Source: a virus. From it: 64,000 nucleotides of DNA. Made by a program: the position numbers and the translations under genes. The DNA is taken from positions 6,175 to 70,174 of the IMG/VR virus record IMGVR_UViG_3300029258_002338; one strand, given 5' to 3'. Numbering within the stretch: the stretch's first letter is position 1; each line of letters starts with the position of its first letter. The notes below the pieces were generated by a model, which saw nothing but the letters and a program-made list of their open reading frames with translations, had not been told where the DNA came from and did no database searches. This document shows, piece by piece, positions 57,685-64,000 of this stretch.

Positions 57685-58209
57685 TCAAGCCTTTTTGGGG
57701 GGAGGCTGCACGGCTTCAGCGTAGTCGTGAGCCTCGGATCCCCCCTCGATGCGCTTCACCGCCCGGCCGTTCTTGAACACGATCGCGGTCGGCAAAGCCT
57801 CCACCTTGTGCTTGCTGGACAGGGCCTCGTTCTTGTCCACGTCCACCATCAGCACCTCGGCTTTGTCGCAGACGTGGCGCGCTGCCTGCCGGATCTCCGG
57901 CTTGGTCTCCTGGCAGGCTCCGCACCAGTTCGCGACGAAGGCCACCATGACGGGCTTCTTGGACGACTTGATGATCCTCCGGGCCTCTTCCGCCTCGACC
58001 GTCCGCACGGTGCGCTTGCACTTGCGCGGGAGCGGCTTGGTGTGTTTCCGTAGATCGTCCAGTCCCATCACGGATCCGTTGGCGAGCGCGTTGGCGTCCT
58101 GGGGGTTGAGCTGACGCTCCCTCCCCTGGTGCTGCAACACGTACCCCTTCCGCGTCCGGGTCACCGGCCCGAGGAAGGTGAAGGTGGTCTCGCCGATCCC
58201 GATCGTCAT
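57685..58209 (-). CDS. thioredoxin with N-terminal extension
   Basis: FVANWCGAC, VDVD, ALPT, FKNG. Confidence 0.9.
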   Translation of the reverse strand: MTIGIGETTFTFLGPVTRTRKGYVLQHQGRERQLNPQDANALANGSVMGLDDLRKHTKPLPRKCKRTVRTVEAEEARRIIKSSKKPVMVAFVANWCGACQETKPEIRQAARHVCDKAEVLMVDVDKNEALSSKHKVEALPTAIVFKNGRAVKRIEGGSEAHDYAEAVQPPPKKA

Positions 58210-58225
58210 CGCAGGTGGGGGCGGC

Positions 58226-58393
58226 CTACTTGCCGCGCAGCAGGCACCGCTTCTTGCCCTTGCGGGGACCGCTCTTGGCCGCCTTGGACCACTTGAGGCA
58301 CTTGCCCTTCTTCTTCTTGGACTTGGGCTTGGCCCACTTGAGGCACCGCTTCTTGCCAGCCGCCCGCTTCAGACACCGTCGCTTCGTCGCCAT
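58226..58393 (-). CDS. protamine-like Lys/Arg/Cys repeat protein (55 aa, not in ORF track)
   Basis: MATKRRCLKRAAGKKRCLKWAKPKSKKKKGKCLKWSKAAKSGPRKGKKRCLLRGK; strong RBS AGAAAGGAAAC. Confidence 0.8.
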   Translation of the reverse strand: MATKRRCLKRAAGKKRCLKWAKPKSKKKKGKCLKWSKAAKSGPRKGKKRCLLRGK

Positions 58394-58450
58394 GATTCGT
58401 TTCCTTTCTTTCTTCTCCGAGGGCTCCCTCGCCCTCTTGGTTCCCGCGCG

Positions 58451-58798
58451 TTAGCGCGTCACGCGGACCGGCCCGAACCGGCGCCGCATCTCCTTGTAGC
58501 TCCGTGGGGATCCCGTCGCCCGGCAGTCCCTCATCGGGATGAGCCTCGGCCCGACCCAGCCGTTCGACTGCGCGACGCACGCGCACCGCCAGCCCCGGTC
58601 GCCCATGCGCATCTTGAAGTGATCGCTGATGCAGCGGGCGTTCTTCTTCGGGCCGGTTCCGCTCTTGCGAGCGCGGCTCTTCTTCGGGGCCGCCTTCTTG
58701 CCCTTGCACTTCGCCATCGGCGCCGGCTTCATCTTGGTCGAGATCTCGTAGCAACGCATCCCGGCCTTCGTGCGCTTCTGGCGGTATTCCTTTGCCAT
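58451..58798 (-). CDS. basic Cys-rich protein
   Basis: ATG 58798 after GAGAAAGGGA; Lys/Arg-rich, 6 Cys. Confidence 0.7.
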   Translation of the reverse strand: MAKEYRQKRTKAGMRCYEISTKMKPAPMAKCKGKKAAPKKSRARKSGTGPKKNARCISDHFKMRMGDRGWRCACVAQSNGWVGPRLIPMRDCRATGSPRSYKEMRRRFGPVRVTR

Positions 58799-58907
58799 TG
58801 TCCCTTTCTCCTTTTCGTAGTCTCCAAAGGCCCCAAGCCTTGGAGGATCATCTTGCACTCTGCCGCGCTTCAGCCTACCACGTCGGCTTCTCCGAGTCCA
58901 CGCAAAG

Positions 58908-60830
58908 TTAGACTATGGGTCCGTGACGGCTCACCCCCGCGGCGTTCAACCTGTCGTTGATCCACCCCTCCACTCCCTCGAACTCACCCAGGCTGCTGAT
59001 CAGGTCGTCGGCGTAACCCCACGTCTCGTCCAAATTCTCGTACACGTTGTCGAGCTGCTCGATGTCCGCGTTGGTCAGAGCCTCGAGGCCAGCCTTCGTG
59101 GACCGGAGCGCGATCTGCCGCAAGAGGGCGCCGAAGTTGCCCCCGGTCAGCTCGATCTCGTAGAACCCCGTCTTCAGGGTCTGCTCCATGATGTCCATCA
59201 GGAAGGTCATGCCGATGCTGATGGCCATCTGGAGCCCCACGCCGAGTGGAGGGCAGGCGGCCGTGACGAACCCGGCGACCGAGCTGCCGATGGCCATCGA
59301 CGCCTGCGTGAAGATCATCAGCGCCTTACCACTCGACTTCTTGGATGCGCTGTTTTGCCGCCGGGCGAAGATGGTGTTCTGCCACTCCTTCGGCCAGGTG
59401 ATCATCGGGCGCATCGGGCCGGCGGCCCCGCTCCACGCGCCGAGGCGCATCGACCCGTCGGAGGCGGCCAGCAGCTCCGTCCCGGAGGGGATGGCTCCCG
59501 GCTTGGGAACCCGCTCGACGATCTCCCGGAGCAGCCACTCGGTCGGCATCGGGCCGGCGTCGCTCACGACCACGCCCGTCGTGGTCAACGGCATCCGCTC
59601 ACCCGTGTCCGGGTGCTCGAGGACGCCGTACCGCTGCTGGTTCATCGTCCGCATCTCGTTGACGCGCGTGCGAGAGGCACAGCCGATGCCCCAGGCCAGG
59701 CAGTGCCTGATCCACCACCCGGGTGGGTCGTAGAGCCCGCTGTGGATGCGCCACATCTCGGCGGCCCAGACGAGCCACTGGCAGTTGGCATAGTACTCGG
59801 CGACCGCCTTCGCGTGCTGCTCGTTGTGGAAGACGAACTCCCCCTTGTGCCTCGGGACGGCCCTGGAGGATTGGCAGTCGCGGAGTTGGCTGACCTGCTC
59901 CGCCGACAGCTCCCAGATGTCCGCGTCCTGGTACTCTCGGACCTGATCCTCGGTGAGTTCGCAGTTCGGGCCGAAGTCGAACCCCTCCATCACGGCGTCG
60001 AAGAGCGAGGAGCCGAAGTGGAAGCGGTTGAAGCGCCAGGGAGCCACGACGTCTCCGGTGTTGCTGCGCTCCATGTCCCACTCGATCAGAGACTTACCAG
60101 CCTCGTAGAAGAAACTGGCGATGCTCTTGCCGTTCAAGCTCTGCCACTTGTCCTGGATGCCTCGCTGCTTGTGGCCGAGGATGTACCCCCAGTCGTAGAA
60201 CGCGAGCCATCCGGGGGGTACGCTGCCGTGTCCCACAGCTGTAGCGAACGGGATCATCGGGGAGGGGAACTCGGCGTACCGCTTGATCCAGACGTCTTGG
60301 ACCTGATAGTCCTCGCGGATGACCTTATCGGGGTTGGTGCTCGCCGCGTCAGAGAATCCACAGTCGAACGAGTAGTGCGCCTTGGCGAGCATATAGTGGG
60401 TCATGGCGTTCTGGGTCATCGTGCCGTGCAGCACGAGCGCACCCAACCAACCGGGGTAGGGGCACGGGCCCTCACGCCGGAAGGTCGTGCCGAACGCTGC
60501 CCCACCGGGGGAAGGCTTCCACCGCCCCCGCGACTTCCACCGCTCCCGCGACTTCCACGGAGTCCAACGCTCCGGGTCGGCGGCGATCAGCCGGGCGTTG
60601 TTCTCGACGGTCGTCAGGTGGCCCCCGTACATGGCGTTGAGCTGCGGTCTACTCAGGCGGACGGGGGGCTGGCCGCGGAACTTGCCCGTCAGGACGCCAC
60701 GGAGGGCCGCAGCGCCGAATCCGACGCCGGCAGCCGCCAGGGCGGCCTTCCAGTTCCGGGTCGCGTAGTAGCCGGCTCCAGCGCCGCCTGACGCGAGCAC
60801 GAGCCCTTCGATGAGGGGTCGGTACCTCAT
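58908..60830 (-). CDS. large membrane-associated virion protein (entry/DNA delivery?)
   Basis: 640 aa from ATG 60830; N-terminal hydrophobic helices and a C-proximal hydrophobic hairpin. Confidence 0.6.
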   Translation of the reverse strand: MRYRPLIEGLVLASGGAGAGYYATRNWKAALAAAGVGFGAAALRGVLTGKFRGQPPVRLSRPQLNAMYGGHLTTVENNARLIAADPERWTPWKSRERWKSRGRWKPSPGGAAFGTTFRREGPCPYPGWLGALVLHGTMTQNAMTHYMLAKAHYSFDCGFSDAASTNPDKVIREDYQVQDVWIKRYAEFPSPMIPFATAVGHGSVPPGWLAFYDWGYILGHKQRGIQDKWQSLNGKSIASFFYEAGKSLIEWDMERSNTGDVVAPWRFNRFHFGSSLFDAVMEGFDFGPNCELTEDQVREYQDADIWELSAEQVSQLRDCQSSRAVPRHKGEFVFHNEQHAKAVAEYYANCQWLVWAAEMWRIHSGLYDPPGWWIRHCLAWGIGCASRTRVNEMRTMNQQRYGVLEHPDTGERMPLTTTGVVVSDAGPMPTEWLLREIVERVPKPGAIPSGTELLAASDGSMRLGAWSGAAGPMRPMITWPKEWQNTIFARRQNSASKKSSGKALMIFTQASMAIGSSVAGFVTAACPPLGVGLQMAISIGMTFLMDIMEQTLKTGFYEIELTGGNFGALLRQIALRSTKAGLEALTNADIEQLDNVYENLDETWGYADDLISSLGEFEGVEGWINDRLNAAGVSRHGPIV

Positions 60831-61024
60831 CCCCTGGCCTTCCACCAGTAGTAGCCGAGGTACCCGGCTCCCAGGACTCCAGCCCCGATCCACAGCCACA
60901 TGAAGGGCGGCATGGCCCCCGTCGCCGTGGCCCCGACGGTCATCTTCGGCAGCGCAGAGGTCTTCGGATCCGCTGGGGGCCTCCGGTGCACGCCATGGGG
61001 CTCGATCGGTGTGAAGGTCCTCAT
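60827..61024 (-). CDS. small C-terminal TM protein
   Basis: FMWLWIGAGVLGAGYLGYYWW. Confidence 0.6.
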   Translation of the reverse strand: MRTFTPIEPHGVHRRPPADPKTSALPKMTVGATATGAMPPFMWLWIGAGVLGAGYLGYYWWKARG

Positions 61025-61287
61025 CCGTCCTCACACGCCGCGTCGCAGTAGTTGGCCATCGTCAGGCACCAGTTCCCCATGGTGCTGCACACGGCCGAGG
61101 CCTCGGCCCCAGCGTACCCCTCGTAGCAGCTCTCCTCCCCGTTGCGGGCATCCTCCTGGCACTCCTCGTAGACCTCGTCGCAATCGTCTCGGCACTCGCC
61201 GTCCTCGCAAGCCACGACCATCAGAGCTATTGAGATTATCAACATCCTCATCATGACACCTCCTATGCGGTATAGGTAAGACATCAT
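61021..61287 (-). CDS. Cys-rich acidic lipoprotein
   Basis: Signal peptide with lipobox VVAC, followed by CxxxC repeats. Confidence 0.65.
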   Translation of the reverse strand: MMSYLYRIGGVMMRMLIISIALMVVACEDGECRDDCDEVYEECQEDARNGEESCYEGYAGAEASAVCSTMGNWCLTMANYCDAACEDG

Positions 61288-61302
61288 GACGTGTCCGTCA
61301 AC

Positions 61303-61923
61303 TCAATGGACCACGAAGGGCCGATCCGCGCCCACGATCACGGACTCGCGGGCCCAGAGGGGCAAGCCGGCGAAGGTGGCGTCCTGCTCGGGCACACACG
61401 GATTGCGCCAGAGGTCCGGGCCGCCCATGCGGAGCCAGACGCCGTAGAGGAGCAGGGAGCCCGCCCCGCCGATGCCGAGGCCGGTCAGGACGCCGGTGAG
61501 GGACTTGGACACGCCCACGCCGATGACGCTGCCCAGCGCGCTCCCGGCGAGCCCGACGATGGTCAGGGTCTTGGCGTAGCTCGTCTTCGCTGCCGCAGTC
61601 GCCATGGCCTACTTCCTCTCGCCCACTGGGTCCCAGGAGTCCCAGGTGTCCACACGATCCTGGCAGCGCCAAGCGACTACCTTGAGGGCCACGCCCTTCT
61701 CGCCGCGCTTCATCCCCCAAGCCTCGGCGGCCTTCCGGCCTCGACGCCTGGCGGCCTCGATGTTCTTCGCGTAGAGCTTGTACTCCACGATTTCTCGAAC
61801 GCCGATGCCCCTGTCGAGATCGCGCTCCGTCACCTCTGTACGGTGGGTGTAGGCTTGCACGACGTAGCACCGCTTGCCTCGGGGCTTCGCCTCCCACTTG
61901 TAGATCCTGACTGGTCTCGCCAT
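61303..61923 (-). CDS. two genes: 2-TM protein (61303-61605) and basic protein (61609-61923)
   Basis: Gly-rich TM helices in the first; Arg/Lys-rich second ORF. Confidence 0.6.
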
Positions 61924-61927
61924 CGTC

Positions 61928-62779
61928 CTAGCCCCAGCGCAAGCGGTAGCGAGGGGGCATCGAGGTCATCTGCCCCATGCCGGCCATCTCCGACCCGCGA
62001 GCGTACTTGTTGACCGCGAAGCCGCCCAGGAGGCCCACCAGGGAGCCTGCCGCGCCGGTGGCGATCCGCGAGGCCGTGGGGGCCACCTTGTCGCCGGTGG
62101 CGACGCCCAGCAGGGCTCCGCTCGCCGCTCCGAGGGCCATGATCATCGCGCTGGTCCAGTCGAAGCCCTCGGCTACCGGGGCCGGAGGGGGAGCGGGAGG
62201 CGTGATCGGGCCCACGGGTCCGGGTGGCGGCCCGGGTGGCGGAGTGGGATCGGGCGGCTCGGGGTCGGGCGGGATGACGCCCTCGGGGGCGTACCAGGGC
62301 TCGCAGATGTCGTGGTACTTCTGCGCGAAGTCCGGGGGGAGCCCCAGACCCTCGAAGAAGACGACGCCCAGCGAGGGCTGGTCGAGCCCGAGCACCTCGA
62401 GCTGGTAGCGGTAGGCCGCACCGCAGGTCTTGGGGCCGGGGATCCCGTCGATGTTGCCGGGGTCGTAGTCCGGTCCCTGCGCCTTGAGGCTCGCCTGGAT
62501 GGTCTTGATGTCGTTGCGCTTGCGCTTGGACTTGCTGCCCCCCGCGCCCTGCGTCCCCGCGGGGCAGGCCCAGAACTCCTCGCCGTCCAGGTGCTGGTAG
62601 CGGTAGTAGACGTTGCCGTCTTCGTCCTGGTAGATCGCCTGCATCCAGTAGGGATCGTCCGTCGCCTGGGGCTCCGACGTCGCCGTCAGGCCCGAGGGCT
62701 GCGCGCATCGGTTGTACCCCATGGGGACGGGCGGGTAGACCTTCTCCGGGTCCAGCTGCCCCATTCCGTAGAACCTCAT
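61928..62779 (-). CDS. peptidoglycan-binding-domain protein with Pro linker and TM helices
   Basis: IKTIQASLKAQG.....IDGIPGPKT..A..YQ; start ATG 62779 after GAGGAGGAG. Confidence 0.75.
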   Translation of the reverse strand: MRFYGMGQLDPEKVYPPVPMGYNRCAQPSGLTATSEPQATDDPYWMQAIYQDEDGNVYYRYQHLDGEEFWACPAGTQGAGGSKSKRKRNDIKTIQASLKAQGPDYDPGNIDGIPGPKTCGAAYRYQLEVLGLDQPSLGVVFFEGLGLPPDFAQKYHDICEPWYAPEGVIPPDPEPPDPTPPPGPPPGPVGPITPPAPPPAPVAEGFDWTSAMIMALGAASGALLGVATGDKVAPTASRIATGAAGSLVGLLGGFAVNKYARGSEMAGMGQMTSMPPRYRLRWG

Positions 62780-62790
62780 CGTCTCCTCCT

Positions 62791-63213
62791 CTACTCGCTC
62801 CCGAAGGCCGAGGCGTCCATCGAGGGCGAGCCTCCTCTGGGCTTCGTGGGCAAGTCGATCACCTGACCCGACTGGGCCTCCATGGTGTCGATCGGCGTCG
62901 TCAGTCCGCTGGTCTGGCCGTCGGCCGCGACCCCTCCCACCTCGGGCGTCTCGCCCTCGGGGGCGGGAAGGGATCCCTCTGGGGCGGCCGGCAACGCCGG
63001 CGTCTCGGGCATCGGCTCGATGCCACGAGCCGCGTCGATGGCCCTGCGGACGATCCCCTGGGCCAGGTAGCCGGTGATCCAGCCGACGCCGGCGGCTCCC
63101 ATGACGGCGTACCAGGGCTTGCCCCGCGAGCCCCACAGGGCCGCGGCTCCCACGCTCGTCGTCACCGGCACTCCGTACCGGACGACGTCAGCGACGACCT
63201 TCTCGACCTCCAT
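62791..63213 (-). CDS. 2-TM virion protein
   Basis: Two hydrophobic segments and a Pro/Glu tail. Confidence 0.6.
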   Translation of the reverse strand: MEVEKVVADVVRYGVPVTTSVGAAALWGSRGKPWYAVMGAAGVGWITGYLAQGIVRRAIDAARGIEPMPETPALPAAPEGSLPAPEGETPEVGGVAADGQTSGLTTPIDTMEAQSGQVIDLPTKPRGGSPSMDASAFGSE

Positions 63214-63222
63214 CGGACTGCT

Positions 63223-63588
63223 CTAGTAGCAGCCGTAGCAGGCGCCGAAGGGACGGTTGACGGCCGCGCGGGTGACGTCCATCAGGCCCATCGGCTGGCC
63301 GTAGTCCACGGCGCCCATGCTGCGCTGCACGTCCAGGAGGCCCATGCTGCGCTGGACGTCGAGCAGGCCGAGACCCGCGGCGGCGCCGTTGCCGGGCTTG
63401 GCCACGAAGTAGACCGCGATGGCGGTCCCGAGGGCCACGCCGGTGCTCGCCAGGGTGGCCAGGGCGCCCGACTTGAAGTTCGAGGAGCCCTGATCCTTCT
63501 GCGAGCCGAAGACGGTGTAGCCGAGGCTGCCGCTCAGGAAGCTGCCGACCGTGCCGATTCCGAATGCCAAGAGTCGCTGAGTGTCCAT
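63223..63588 (-). CDS. 2-TM virion protein with GLLDVQRSM tandem repeat
   Basis: ATG 63588 after GAGAAAGGAAAC; 27-bp tandem duplication; ends CYGCY. Confidence 0.7.
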   Translation of the reverse strand: MDTQRLLAFGIGTVGSFLSGSLGYTVFGSQKDQGSSNFKSGALATLASTGVALGTAIAVYFVAKPGNGAAAGLGLLDVQRSMGLLDVQRSMGAVDYGQPMGLMDVTRAAVNRPFGACYGCY

Positions 63589-63613
63589 GTTTCCGTTTCC
63601 TTTCTCCTGACCC

Positions 63614-63766
63614 CTATCCGTGCAGGAGCCACTTTTTTCCCGCCTCGTACACGTCCCGCAGGAAGTAGAGGCCAAATGCTCCGGCTGCCACCAAGGCTCC
63701 GTAGAGGAGGGCCTGGCCGTAGGCTTGGCCCCAGGTCTTCCTCTCTTGTAGCTTCAGCGACGCCAT
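63614..63766 (-). CDS. small TM protein (50 aa, not in ORF track)
   Basis: MASLKLQERKTWGQAYGQALLYGALVAAGAFGLYFLRDVYEAGKKWLLHG. Confidence 0.55.
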   Translation of the reverse strand: MASLKLQERKTWGQAYGQALLYGALVAAGAFGLYFLRDVYEAGKKWLLHG

Positions 63767-63774
63767 TTACCTTC

Positions 63775-64000
63775 TCACCCTCCCGAGTGCTCCCGGTCGA
63801 TGTGGGCCACCATCCCGCGCTCCGTCTTGAGCACGCGCCCGCAGTGGAGGCACTCGAAGCGGCCGTCCTCGGTCTCCGCGTAGTCGTAGGACTCCACGCT
63901 CACCTCGTCGTCCGCGGTGCCGAGCTTGCCATCCGGCCCGGCCTCCACGGTGGTTTTCGTGGTGCCGATCTTGACCTGGACTTTCGGCGGGGCTTCGGGG
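63775..64000 (-). CDS. partial gene with C2H2 zinc finger
   Basis: ...AGPDGKLGTADD...FECLHCGRVLKTERGMVAHIDREH; 5' end lies outside the window. Confidence 0.6.
   Translation of the reverse strand, partial: PEAPPKVQVKIGTTKTTVEAGPDGKLGTADDEVSVESYDYAETEDGRFECLHCGRVLKTERGMVAHIDREHSGG

Overview
This window is a GC-rich bacterial virus genome segment; I see no host housekeeping genes. The minus-strand virion module (1-15.1 kb, with similar genes at 57.7-64 kb) lacks a recognisable terminase, portal or tail gene. It instead encodes a putative jelly-roll-type capsid family, many single-TM proteins, LysM and PG-binding proteins, small basic Cys-rich proteins and a transglutaminase-fold protein, so a tailless, membrane-containing virus is inferred. 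The probable major capsid gene is split by a 350-nt group I intron (7413-7064), which the ORF track misses. The replication/recombination module has a DUF3987 primase-helicase-like ATPase, an SNF2 helicase, a Cas4-like exonuclease, a Sak4-like ATPase, an SSB, an HNH and a UDG-PolA fusion. After the lysis-type genes and an AT-rich segment come a tRNA-like structured RNA (35483-35600), whose 18-nt loop is complementary to the RBS regions of five minus-strand virion-module genes, and a complete Ubl-E2-JAB-E1 operon bracketed by a 16-bp inverted repeat. Also present are boxA-like leader motifs, one intact and one catalytically degenerate tyrosine recombinase, several single-gene cassettes flanked by exact RBS-containing direct repeats, and a sulfotransferase/fucosyltransferase/pyruvyltransferase/GT2 operon. 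All calls come from reading motifs by eye; no database searches or folding programs were run.
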